Below, piece after piece: positions 33,558 to 42,333 of a stretch of 64,000 nt of DNA. Numbering within the stretch: the stretch's first letter is position 1; each line of letters opens with the position of its first letter. The position numbers and the translations under genes were made by a program. The stretch covers positions 3,975-67,974 of the forward strand of contig RFVF01000013.1 of the NCBI GenBank assembly GCA_009922615.1, given 5' to 3'. Source of the stretch: Pseudomonadota bacterium. Its GTDB lineage: Bacteria; Verrucomicrobiota; Verrucomicrobiia; Limisphaerales; SXTU01. The notes below the pieces were generated by a model that did not search any database, was not told where the DNA came from, and saw only the letters and a list, made by a program, of their open reading frames with translations.

Positions 33558-34112
33558 ATGCCAACAACCCTCAGCCCGGTTCAGCAGAAGTTCATCCTCC
33601 ATTGGGGCGAGATGGGCACGCGGTGGGGCATCAATCGCACCGTCGCCCAGATTCACGCCCTGCTCTACATCGCGCCCAAGCCGCTGCCTGCCGAGGACAT
33701 TTCGGACACGCTCAAGGTCGCCCGCTCGAACGTGAGCACCAGCCTGAAGGAACTCCAAGCCTGGGGCATCATCCGCCGCGTCCACGTCATGGGTGACAGC
33801 CGGGACCACTACGAGTGCATGAAGGATGTCTGGGAAATGTTCCGCGTCGTGCTGGACGAGCGGAAGAAGCGGGAGATCGACCCCACACTCACGGTGCTGC
33901 GCGAGTGCATCATCGAGGCGGAGAAGGACAAGGGGACCGATGAATACACCGAGCAACGGCTGCACGAACTGGCCGACTTCTTTGAGACGACCAACGCTTG
34001 GTATGCCCAAGTCCGCACCTGGCCCGCTGCTGCGGTGGTGAAGTTCATCAAGCTCGGCGACAAGGTCCGCAAGCTTCTGGGCCTTGGCGACGCGGCGGAG
34101 GGGAAGAAATAG
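33558..34112 (+). CDS. GbsR/MarR-family winged-helix transcriptional regulator
   Basis: QQKFILHWGEMGTRWGINRTVAQIHALLYIAPKPLPAEDISDTLKVARSNVSTSLKELQAWGIIRRV matches the GbsR-type N-terminal wHTH pattern. Confidence 0.75.
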   Translation: MPTTLSPVQQKFILHWGEMGTRWGINRTVAQIHALLYIAPKPLPAEDISDTLKVARSNVSTSLKELQAWGIIRRVHVMGDSRDHYECMKDVWEMFRVVLDERKKREIDPTLTVLRECIIEAEKDKGTDEYTEQRLHELADFFETTNAWYAQVRTWPAAAVVKFIKLGDKVRKLLGLGDAAEGKK

Positions 34113-34120
34113 GATCAACG

Positions 34121-34963
34121 ATGCACGCAACTGCTTCCAATCGATCGAGCTGGCTTTCGGGCTTGGGCTTGGGAATTGGCGGCGCTGCGGTTTGGTCCAC
34201 GGTGATCTTTGGCTTGTCCATCTATCTTGGCGGAGCAGGCTGGCGCGCGCAGGGCATCGCTATATATGGCGGCATCATGGTGGCCTACATGACCGTCGTG
34301 GCCAGTGCGGGACTGGTTCCGCTGGGGTTGCTGATGGGGTGGCAAATGCCGCGCCGACTGGCCGGGTTGCTTCCGTGGCCTGTGTTCTTCTTGGGATGTT
34401 ATGCCGGCGCACTTGCTGGTGCGTTGACGGCCTTCGGGCTAGTCGGGCTGGGAGCCGCGCAGGCGAACTGGGCGGCAGTGAAGGACACGTTGCCATTCTA
34501 CCTGTTTACTCTTCCGCTGATCTTCGGCCTCTGGACTGGGCTCTGGGCGCAACGCTGGCGCGACCGGTTGCCGCAGGATTACCTCGCTGGGCGGCTTTAT
34601 TGGGACAGCCTTTGCCCGTTCTGCATCCGGTGGGTCGGTCGTCTGGCTTTCGTCGCGCGGCAAGGCGGGTTCGTGCTTGTGCCGTTGCACTCAGAGGAAG
34701 CTCGCCGGGACCTCGGCCTGCGCGAAGGCGAACTTCCCGCTGAGATGAAGCTGCGACTGGCCGACGGCCGTTTGCTGGGCGGATTGGATGCATTCACCAC
34801 GATGGCCGAAGCCGCTGGCTGGCCGGCCCCGCTGGGCTGGCTTCTGCGTGCGCCGGGCGTGAACGCGCTCGCGTGGCGCGGCTATCGCTGGGTGGCACGG
34901 AATCGCCATTGCCTCACGGAGCCTTGTCCGCTTTCTCCTCAACCCGAAAGGAAGTTGCCATGA
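34121..34963 (+). CDS. Membrane domain fused to DCC-family (DUF393) thiol-disulfide oxidoreductase
   Basis: About 155 aa with 4-5 hydrophobic helices, then LYWDSLCPFCIRWV (the Y-D-x-x-C-x-x-C motif position of DCC1-like proteins) and a C-terminal RGYRWVARNRHCL. Confidence 0.65.
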   Translation: MHATASNRSSWLSGLGLGIGGAAVWSTVIFGLSIYLGGAGWRAQGIAIYGGIMVAYMTVVASAGLVPLGLLMGWQMPRRLAGLLPWPVFFLGCYAGALAGALTAFGLVGLGAAQANWAAVKDTLPFYLFTLPLIFGLWTGLWAQRWRDRLPQDYLAGRLYWDSLCPFCIRWVGRLAFVARQGGFVLVPLHSEEARRDLGLREGELPAEMKLRLADGRLLGGLDAFTTMAEAAGWPAPLGWLLRAPGVNALAWRGYRWVARNRHCLTEPCPLSPQPERKLP

Positions 34964-35112
34964 AACTAACCCTGACCCATCCGTTGCGCGATGCGTGGCT
35001 GCGGCTCAAAATGCTGTGCCCGGCCCCGCCTCCCATCGTAAAGACCAAGCACGTGCCGCTCCGAGTCCGTCCCAAAGCGCATCGGACCACTGCCTTCTTC
35101 GAGTTACCGTGA
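34960..35112 (+). CDS. Small hypothetical protein (50 aa), translationally coupled on both sides
   Basis: Its ATG overlaps the upstream stop (ATGA at 34960-34963). Its TGA overlaps the downstream GTG (GTGA at 35109-35112). GC3 is about 74% in this frame versus about 50% in the alternative frame across the same interval. I recognise no family. Confidence 0.4.
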   Translation: MKLTLTHPLRDAWLRLKMLCPAPPPIVKTKHVPLRVRPKAHRTTAFFELP

Positions 35113-36068
35113 ACACTCAACGCATCATTCTCGCCGGCGGCTCTGGCTTCCTCGGGCAGGCATTAGCGCGACATTTCCTTCAACTCGGCTGGGAAGTCGT
35201 CGTGCTGTCGCGGCATCCGCAGATGCAGCGCGTAGCCCGTGAAGTGGCTTGGGATGCGGAGTCGGTGGGCGAATGGTCCCGGGAGTTAGAAGGCGCAGCG
35301 GCAGTCGTGAACTTGACCGGTCGCACGGTGGATTGCCGTTACACCGCGACGAACCGACGACTGATTTTGGAATCGAGAGTGAACTCGACGCAGGCTATCG
35401 GGCAGGCCATTGCGCAGTGCGCACAGCCGCCGGGCGTGTGGTTGAATTCGAGTTCAGCGACGATTTACCGGCACACGTTTGGCCCGTCGTGGGATGAGAG
35501 CGGGGCGGACTTCACGCCGACGCCGGCGGTGAAGGACGCGTTCTCCGTCGAGGTCATCCACGCGTGGGAACGGGCGCTTAACGAAGCCGTGACGCCGCGC
35601 ACGCGGAAGGTCGCGCTTCGCACGACGCTGGTCCTGGGGCAGGCGCGCAACAGCGTCTTCCCCGTGCTGCGACGACTGGCGCGGCTGGGCTTGGGCGGGC
35701 CCATGGGCAGCGGCGAGCAGTTCGTCTCGTGGCTGCATGAAACGGATTTCCTGCGCGCCGTGGAGTTCCTGATTACGCACGAGAAGTTGAGCGGCCCGGT
35801 GAACCTCGCATCGCCGAACCCGGTGCCGAACCACGAGTTGATGCGGGCGTTCCGCGAGTTGGTGGGAATGCCCATCGGTCTGCCGGCGACGGGATGGATG
35901 CTGGAGGCCGGTGCGTTTTTCCTGCGCACGGAGACGGAATTGATTTTGAAAAGCCGACGCGTGGTGCCGGGCAAGTTGCTTCAGGCTGGCTTTGAATTTC
36001 ACTTTCCGCATCTGCGCCCGGCGCTGGCCGCATTACAATTGCGGGCAGGCGAGGGTCACCACTGCTGA
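35109..36068 (+). CDS. TIGR01777-family NAD-dependent epimerase (YfcH-like, SDR with DUF1731 C-terminus)
   Basis: RIILAGGSGFLGQALARH Rossmann motif, and a C-terminal LKSRRVVPGKLLQAGFEFHFP block typical of DUF1731. GTG 35109 is preferred over the upstream ATG 34995 on codon-bias grounds. Confidence 0.8.
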   Translation: MNTQRIILAGGSGFLGQALARHFLQLGWEVVVLSRHPQMQRVAREVAWDAESVGEWSRELEGAAAVVNLTGRTVDCRYTATNRRLILESRVNSTQAIGQAIAQCAQPPGVWLNSSSATIYRHTFGPSWDESGADFTPTPAVKDAFSVEVIHAWERALNEAVTPRTRKVALRTTLVLGQARNSVFPVLRRLARLGLGGPMGSGEQFVSWLHETDFLRAVEFLITHEKLSGPVNLASPNPVPNHELMRAFRELVGMPIGLPATGWMLEAGAFFLRTETELILKSRRVVPGKLLQAGFEFHFPHLRPALAALQLRAGEGHHC

Positions 36069-36133
36069 AACTGGTTCAGACAATGTCGCGCGCCGGTTGA
36101 CGCCATCTCCGCACGCCGATACCGTCCGTGCCT

Positions 36134-36526
36134 ATGATGGCTGGAACTGCAACTGCGCCCGCTGCCGCCGCTCAACCGAATTTTCGTGTGGGCGACGAAC
36201 GGCTGATCAAGCTTACCGCGAACGCCGCGAAGAAGGTGTCGACCTTGCTCACCAAGCAGGGCCGGCCCGCCGGCGTGCTGCGCGTGGCGGTCATCGGCGG
36301 CGGCTGCTCCGGCCTGCAATACAAGATGGACCTCCAGGACCGACCGCAGAACCGCGACTTCCTCGTCGAGAGTGCGGGCGTGAAGGTGGTCGTGGACCCG
36401 AAGAGCGCGCTCTACGTGACCGGCAGCGAGCTGGACTACGTGGAGGCGCTGACCGACGGCGGCTTCAAGGTGACGAATCCCAACGCCGCGACGAGCTGCT
36501 CGTGCGGCGAGAGTTTCAGCGCGTGA
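36134..36526 (+). CDS. Iron-sulfur cluster insertion protein (IscA/ErpA/HesB family)
   Basis: LRVAVIGGGCSGLQYKM and the C-terminal SCSCGESF cysteine signature. Confidence 0.9.
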   Translation: MMAGTATAPAAAAQPNFRVGDERLIKLTANAAKKVSTLLTKQGRPAGVLRVAVIGGGCSGLQYKMDLQDRPQNRDFLVESAGVKVVVDPKSALYVTGSELDYVEALTDGGFKVTNPNAATSCSCGESFSA

Positions 36527-36534
36527 ACCGAGCG

Positions 36535-36597
36535 GAAGGCAAAAGGCAAAAGGTGAAAGGCAAAAACCTGACGGCGCGCAGTATCCCTTCTGCCTTC
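36535..36597 (+). repeat. AAGGCA-word hairpin immediately upstream of the J-protein start
   Basis: GAAGGCAAAAGG (36535-36546) pairs with CCTTCTGCCTTC (36586-36597) at 11 of 12 positions. The left arm extends into a run of A/G words (AAGGCAAAAGGCAAAAGGTGAAAGGCAAAAA). The right arm ends 2 nt before ATG 36600. Confidence 0.5.
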
Positions 36598-36599
36598 GC

Positions 36600-37217
36600 A
36601 TGACCGACTGCTTCGCCCTGCTCGACGAGCTGCGCCGACCGTGGTTGGACGTGGCCTCACTCAAGGCCAAATTCCTCGCCCGCTCCGCCGAGGTGCATCC
36701 TGACCGCGTCCACAACGCGCCGGAGGCCGAACGCGCCGCTGCACAGGAGCGTTACACCGCGCTGAACGCCGCATTCAACACGCTGCGCGAGCCGAAGGAC
36801 CGCCTGCAGCACCTGCTCGAACTGGAGTCCGGCGCGAAGCCGGGCAACATCCAGTCCACGCCGCCGGAGTTGATGGATCTGTTTTTCGAGGTCGGCCGGC
36901 TGTGTCGTGACGTGGATTTCTTCCTGCTGGAGAAGAACCGCGCTAACTCGCCGCTGCTCAAGGTGAAGATGTTCCAGCGCGCGATGGACTGGACCGGCCA
37001 AATCAACGCATTGCAAGTGCGCCTCAACGCGAAGCGTGGCGAACTGGAAGCGGCGTTGTCGGCGATGAATGAGGCGTGGGCGGCTGCGCCTTTGGAGCCG
37101 GAAACCCGGCGGGCAGTGTTGCCGCTGGCGAGGCTGGAGCAACTCTATCGGACCTTCAGCTTTCTCAGCCGGTGGACGGGGCAGTTGCAGGACCGCGTGG
37201 TCCAGTTGGCGTTTTGA
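36600..37217 (+). CDS. J-domain co-chaperone, HscB-like
   Basis: J-domain with HPD motif (SAEVHPDRVHN...YTALNAAFNTLREPKDRLQHLLEL), followed by a helical C-terminal domain. Located after the IscA/ErpA-like gene. Confidence 0.7.
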   Translation: MTDCFALLDELRRPWLDVASLKAKFLARSAEVHPDRVHNAPEAERAAAQERYTALNAAFNTLREPKDRLQHLLELESGAKPGNIQSTPPELMDLFFEVGRLCRDVDFFLLEKNRANSPLLKVKMFQRAMDWTGQINALQVRLNAKRGELEAALSAMNEAWAAAPLEPETRRAVLPLARLEQLYRTFSFLSRWTGQLQDRVVQLAF

Positions 37218-37268
37218 CTCAGCTGCCCTTGCGCTGCGCCGGGTCGGGCGTTAACGTCCGCGCACCTA

Positions 37269-37907
37269 ATGAAAAAGCCTAACAACTTCTTGGTGCCGAT
37301 GGTCGTGGAGCAAACCGGTCGCGGTGAGCGCGGCTACGACATCTACTCGCGGCTGTTGATTGACCGCATCGTCTTCCTCGGCACGCCCGTGGACGACATG
37401 GTGGCCAACGTCATCATCGCGCAGCTCCTCTTCCTCCAGATGAACGACCCGAAGAAGGACATTCATCTCTACATCAACTCGCCCGGTGGCAGCGTCACAG
37501 CGGGATTGGCGATTTACGACACGATGCAGTTCATGACCTGCGACGTGAACACCTACTGCATCGGCCAGGCGGCCAGCATGGGCGCGGTGTTGCTCTGCGG
37601 CGGCACCAAGGGCAAGCGGTTCGCCCTGCCTAACGCGAACATCATGATTCATCAGGTGCTCGGTGGCGCGGAAGGCCAGGCCAGCGACGTGGAAATCCGC
37701 GTCAAATACATGCTCAAGCTCAAGCAACGCCTCAACGAAATCATCGCCAAGCACACCGGCCAGCCTGTGGACGTGGTGGAGAAGGCCTGCGACCGCGACA
37801 ACTTCATGTCCTCCGAGGAGGCGAAGAAGTTCGGGCTCGTGGACGAGGTTGTCGCGTCGCGCAAGGACATCGCTGGCCTGCCAGAGAAGAGCAGCGTGGT
37901 GAGCTGA
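37269..37907 (+). CDS. clpP: ATP-dependent Clp protease proteolytic subunit
   Basis: [19 protein letters not shown]...[22 protein letters not shown]...[11 protein letters not shown] (catalytic Ser) ...IMIHQ. Confidence 0.96.
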   Translation: MKKPNNFLVPMVVEQTGRGERGYDIYSRLLIDRIVFLGTPVDDMVANVIIAQLLFLQMNDPKKDIHLYINSPGGSVTAGLAIYDTMQFMTCDVNTYCIGQAASMGAVLLCGGTKGKRFALPNANIMIHQVLGGAEGQASDVEIRVKYMLKLKQRLNEIIAKHTGQPVDVVEKACDRDNFMSSEEAKKFGLVDEVVASRKDIAGLPEKSSVVS

Positions 37908-37946
37908 CCCGCCCCTCAACCCGCAACCCCCAACTCTCAACTTTCC

Positions 37947-39227
37947 TTGGCCCGACCGCACAATCTCACGCTCTGTTCCTTCTGCGGCAAATCGCACGCG
38001 GAGGTGAAGAAGCTCATTGCCGGTCCGGGTGTTTACATCTGCGACAACTGCATCCACGTCTGCAAGGGGGTGCTGGACAAGGAGCTGGCGGCCGATACCA
38101 AGCGCACCACGCCCAAGCTCAAGATTCCCAAACCCACCGCGATCAAGGCCGAATTGGATCGTTACTGCATCGGGCAGGATCACGCGAAGAAGACGTTGGC
38201 GGTCGCGGTGCATAATCACTACAAGCGCATCATCCACGAGCGCAAGGCCTCCGGTGGCTCGGCCGCGCCCCGTGAGGCGAAGCACGACGACGTGGAGATC
38301 GAGAAGAGCAATATTTTGCTCATCGGTCCCACGGGTTCGGGCAAAACCCTGCTCGCCCGCACGTTGGCCCGCATTCTTGATGTGCCCTTTGCCATCGCGG
38401 ATGCGACTACCCTCACCGAGGCCGGTTACGTGGGCGAGGACGTGGAGAACATCATTCTGCGGCTGCTTCAAGCTTCCGACTACGACGTGGGCCGTGCGCA
38501 AGTCGGCATCGTATACGTGGACGAGATCGACAAGATTGCACGCAAGACCGACAACGTCTCCATCACGCGGGACGTGTCCGGCGAAGGTGTGCAACAGGCG
38601 TTGCTCAAGCTGCTGGAAGGCACCATCTGCAATGTCCCGCCCACTGGCGGACGCAAGCATCCACAGCAGGAATACATCAAGGTGGACACCACCAACATCC
38701 TGTTCATCTGCGGCGGCGCGTTTGTTGGCTTGGACAAGGTCATCCAGCGCCGACTCGGCAACCGTGTTATGGGTTTCAGCGCGGCGCAGCAGGCACTCAG
38801 TTCAGTCGAAAAGCGGGAAGTCCTGGCGAAGGTCGAGCCGGAGGACTTGCTCGCGTTCGGCTACATCCCTGAACTCATCGGCCGGCTGCCGATGACCACC
38901 GTGCTCGAAGAACTCACCACCGAGCAGCTCGTGACCATCCTCACCGAGCCGCGCAACGCGCTCGTGAAGCAATACGGCAAGCTCCTCGACATGGAGGACG
39001 TGGCGCTCGAAATCACTCCCGATGCCCTGCGCGAACTCGCCGTCCAAGCCATCAAGAAAGGCACCGGCGCGCGCGCCCTGCGAGCCTTGCTCGAGAAGCT
39101 CATGCTCGATGTGATGTATGACATTCCTGGCGCGGGCGACATCGAGGGTGTGAAGATCACCGCCGCCGTGGTGCGCGGGGAACAGTTGCCGCTGGTTCAG
39201 CGCAAGCCCGCTCAGGCGGCGGCGTAA
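37947..39227 (+). CDS. clpX: ATP-dependent Clp protease ATP-binding subunit ClpX
   Basis: Zinc-binding CSFCGK...CDNC, Walker A GPTGSGKT, Walker [13 protein letters not shown] start at 37947. Confidence 0.96.
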   Translation: MARPHNLTLCSFCGKSHAEVKKLIAGPGVYICDNCIHVCKGVLDKELAADTKRTTPKLKIPKPTAIKAELDRYCIGQDHAKKTLAVAVHNHYKRIIHERKASGGSAAPREAKHDDVEIEKSNILLIGPTGSGKTLLARTLARILDVPFAIADATTLTEAGYVGEDVENIILRLLQASDYDVGRAQVGIVYVDEIDKIARKTDNVSITRDVSGEGVQQALLKLLEGTICNVPPTGGRKHPQQEYIKVDTTNILFICGGAFVGLDKVIQRRLGNRVMGFSAAQQALSSVEKREVLAKVEPEDLLAFGYIPELIGRLPMTTVLEELTTEQLVTILTEPRNALVKQYGKLLDMEDVALEITPDALRELAVQAIKKGTGARALRALLEKLMLDVMYDIPGAGDIEGVKITAAVVRGEQLPLVQRKPAQAAA

Positions 39228-39232
39228 CGCAA

Positions 39233-39334
39233 GGAGTCCCGGCTTCAGCCGGCGGGTCATCCGAACAGCGGATGACGCTATGCACCCGCACGCCCGTTGC
39301 TTCGTTGCCTTACGCCGCCTGAAGGCGGGACTCC
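39233..39334. terminator. Multi-hairpin spacer between convergent clpX and the kinase gene
   Basis: GGAGTCCCGGCTTCAGCCGGCGG (39233-39255) and its inverted relative CCGCCTGAAGGCGGGACTCC (39315-39334). Each contains a 5-bp stem with a tetraloop. Between them lies a perfect 8-bp hairpin GTCATCCG-AACAG-CGGATGAC (39256-39276). Confidence 0.45.
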
Positions 39335-39340
39335 ATGCGC

Positions 39341-41071
39341 CTACCCCACCGGCAGCGTGATGGTGAAGGTCGTGCCCTTGGCGGGCTTGGATTTTACCTT
39401 CACCTCGCCCCGATGCGTTTCGATGACTCGCGCCACAATGGCGAGACCCAGGCCGGTTCCCTTCACCTTCGTCGTGGCCAGCAACGAGCTGAACGCTTTT
39501 TGCTGCTGTTCTTCCGTCATTCCCACGCCGGTGTCCGAGAACTCAATGACGACGTGCGTTGGCTCCTTGCGCGTGCGCGGTTGGTGCAGCGCGCGTGTGG
39601 TGATCGTAAGCCTCCCGCCCTCCGGCATGGCCTCGACAGCGTTCAGGGTGAGGTTGAGGAAGGCTTGCTCCAGTTGCGTCGCGTCGCCAAGGACGGCGGG
39701 GATCTGTGGGGCGAGCTCGCGCACAACTTCGACGCGTTGCTGGCGCAGTTTATGGCGGGTGAGCAGGCTGAGGTCATCGAGGAGCTGATTCACGTTCACC
39801 GGAGCGAGGCGCGGCTCGGTGCTGCGGGCAAAGTCCAGCACTTGCTCCACGACGCGGTTCAAGTGTTCCATCTTCTCACCCATGATCTTGTTGTCCTGCG
39901 TGCGCGGGTCGCCCGGCGGGAACTGCAGATCGAGCGAGTGATACAGCATCTTCATCACCGTGAGCGGATTGCGGATTTCGTGCGCCACCTCGGCGGCCAG
40001 CAGGCCTAGCGCGGAGAGCCGTTCGTTCTGACGGAGCTGCTCTTCCACGTCCACGATGCGCTCGTAGAGCCGGGCCTTCTCGATCGCGATGCCGGACAGT
40101 TCCGCGAGCGCGGCGAGGATGCGGACCTCTTCGTTGGGGAAAATGTGCGGCGTGCCCCGGTAAACATTCAGCACGCCCAGCGCCTGACCGCCGAACACCA
40201 GCGGCACGCTCAACAGCGAAACCAGCCCCTCGCGCCGGGCCATGGAAATGTTCTGGTAGCGCCCCGAGGTCTGCACGTTTTCATCCTGAATGGGTCGGCG
40301 GCGGCGCACGACGTTGCCGACAAGGCTTTCGGCGACATTGAGGCGGGGCTTGGTCAAGTAGTCTGACCCGGCGCCGTGGCTGGCGCGGAGGTCGAGCCAC
40401 TCGCGGCTGTCATCCAGCAACAGCAGCGAGGACATCTTGGCATCCATGAGCTGGCAGGCTTCGCGCGTGATGACGCGCAGTGCGTCGTCCAGATTGAGCG
40501 TGGAGTTGATCGTCTGGCTCACGCTGGCGAGCGATTCGAAGAGCCGGGCCTTCAAGCGCAGTTGCTCGTAAAGCCAGGTGTTCTGGATGACCCGGGCGGC
40601 CTGGAGGGAAAGTGCTTCAAGCAAGGCCTGATCGTCCGCCGTGAACGCGTTGAGCCGGTCTGCATCCACGTTGAGCACGCCGCGCACGTCGTTGTTGATC
40701 AGCAGGGGCACGGCGAGTTCGGAGCGGACCTCGGGGCGGAGGCGGATATAGCGGGCGTCCTTGGTAACATCGCCGACACAGGCGGGCTGGCCGGTGCGGG
40801 CCACCCAACCGGTGAGGCCGAGGCCGACGGGCAGCTTGAAGTCAGCCAGGTCCGGCGGCAGGCCGTGGGCGGCCTGGATTTCGAGGAAACGCGACGTGGG
40901 ATTGACGAGCACGACGGAGCCGCTGGTCGCGCGCATGAGCCGCACGGCTTCGCGCAGGATGAGCTTCAGTGCCTCTTGGGCGTCGAGCGTGGAGTGGATG
41001 ACGTGGCCGACTTGATTGAGCAGTTCGAGCCGCTCGCACTTGGCCTTGAGTTGTTCCAGTTCGGTGCTCAT
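39341..41071 (-). CDS. Cytoplasmic sensor histidine kinase with tandem GAF domains
   Basis: Two GAF-like regions, then H-box AAEVAHEIRNPLT and HATPase blocks LNLTLNAVEAM, DTGVGM and GTGLGLAIV. No TM segment and no adjacent response regulator. Its ATG shares one base with the upstream stop (TGATG). Confidence 0.88.
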   Translation of the reverse strand: MSTELEQLKAKCERLELLNQVGHVIHSTLDAQEALKLILREAVRLMRATSGSVVLVNPTSRFLEIQAAHGLPPDLADFKLPVGLGLTGWVARTGQPACVGDVTKDARYIRLRPEVRSELAVPLLINNDVRGVLNVDADRLNAFTADDQALLEALSLQAARVIQNTWLYEQLRLKARLFESLASVSQTINSTLNLDDALRVITREACQLMDAKMSSLLLLDDSREWLDLRASHGAGSDYLTKPRLNVAESLVGNVVRRRRPIQDENVQTSGRYQNISMARREGLVSLLSVPLVFGGQALGVLNVYRGTPHIFPNEEVRILAALAELSGIAIEKARLYERIVDVEEQLRQNERLSALGLLAAEVAHEIRNPLTVMKMLYHSLDLQFPPGDPRTQDNKIMGEKMEHLNRVVEQVLDFARSTEPRLAPVNVNQLLDDLSLLTRHKLRQQRVEVVRELAPQIPAVLGDATQLEQAFLNLTLNAVEAMPEGGRLTITTRALHQPRTRKEPTHVVIEFSDTGVGMTEEQQQKAFSSLLATTKVKGTGLGLAIVARVIETHRGEVKVKSKPAKGTTFTITLPVG

Positions 41072-42192
41072 CAGCGCAGCCGTCGGATCAGCACGATGCC
41101 GATCACGCCGAAAATCACGTTGGGCGACCAGCCCGCCAACCAGCCCGGCACATGGCCGCCCGTGCCGAGCACCAAGGACAGCCGTGACAAAACGAAGAAC
41201 GCAAACCCGATCGCAATGCTCACGCCCACACCCACGGCCACGTTGCGCCGACCCGGCGCGGCCCCGAACGGCAGCGCGAGCAACACGACGACGAAGCATG
41301 TGAACGGCGCGGCGAGCCGGCCGTGGAACTGCGTGTTCAGCTCGTCGGCCTTGCTGCCGGTCAGGTGCGGATGGAGCCGCTGGTAATCGAGGATTTCGGC
41401 GAGCGTGAAGCGCAGCCGCTTGGCCGTCTTCAACACGCTCATCGAGTTGATCTTGAGTTCGCTTTTGATGAGCCGGGGCGATTCATCCAGCTCGGGAAAG
41501 GCGATGACATTGGTCCGGGAGCGCGCGGGAAATTCGAGGTTCGGCGGCTCATACGACCACAGCTCGACGTCGGTGAAATGCCAGAAGCCGTTGGTGTAGG
41601 CGCCCCGGTTGGCGAAGAGGATGCGGCGGACATTGTCCCGGCCAGTCCAGGTGACATTGACGCGCAGCATTTCGTGAGAGAGCAGGCCGTAGGCACCGAT
41701 CTTCCATTCGTGGCCGGCGACGTCGTTGTTGAAGGTCACGTCGCGTCGCCATTGCAATTCGGTCTGCTGGTCGAGCTTGGTTTGATAGCGGTTCTTCACG
41801 TCTTCCGCCGCGTCCTGAGCGCGGGGACCGATGATTTCGCTGGCGACAAAGAGGCCGAAGCTGAACACGACGCCCACGACGAGATACGGTGCCGCCAGCC
41901 GCCACAGGCTCACGCCCGCCGCGCGAATGGCGACCAACTCGTGGTGTTTGTTGTGTTGGGAAAGGGCGTAAAGCAAGGCCAGAAGCAGGCCCATCGGAAG
42001 CACATTGGTGAGCAATTCGGGCGTCTTGCAGACGTAGTATTCCGCGACGTCCCAGCCGTTGAGGTTGAGCCGCTGGAATTCGGACAGCTCGTTCATCAAG
42101 TCCGCGACCACGAAGAAAATGAGGAAGCCGCCCAGGCAATAAAGCAGGGGGACCATCAATTCACGCAGTAGATAGCGGTCGAGCAGGCGCAC
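41071..42192 (-). CDS. LptF/LptG-family LPS export permease (YjgP/YjgQ)
   Basis: VRLLDRYLLRELMVPLLYCLGGFLIFF is the family N-terminus. TM helices flank a central periplasmic domain. 373 aa from GTG 42192. The rest of the 1377-aa ORF in the track is antisense to the next gene. Confidence 0.85.
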   Translation of the reverse strand: MRLLDRYLLRELMVPLLYCLGGFLIFFVVADLMNELSEFQRLNLNGWDVAEYYVCKTPELLTNVLPMGLLLALLYALSQHNKHHELVAIRAAGVSLWRLAAPYLVVGVVFSFGLFVASEIIGPRAQDAAEDVKNRYQTKLDQQTELQWRRDVTFNNDVAGHEWKIGAYGLLSHEMLRVNVTWTGRDNVRRILFANRGAYTNGFWHFTDVELWSYEPPNLEFPARSRTNVIAFPELDESPRLIKSELKINSMSVLKTAKRLRFTLAEILDYQRLHPHLTGSKADELNTQFHGRLAAPFTCFVVVLLALPFGAAPGRRNVAVGVGVSIAIGFAFFVLSRLSLVLGTGGHVPGWLAGWSPNVIFGVIGIVLIRRLR

Positions 42193-42333
42193 CGGGCGCA
42201 GGGTAGCGGCAGCGTGCGGGAGCTGGCAAGCAGGCCGCCGCGACGCGGGATTTTCCTCGCCACGGGGGAAATCCGGCTCAATAAAACCCGCCGCCGCACG
42301 TCCATAGTGACCTTGTCGGCTATTTGTCATCAC

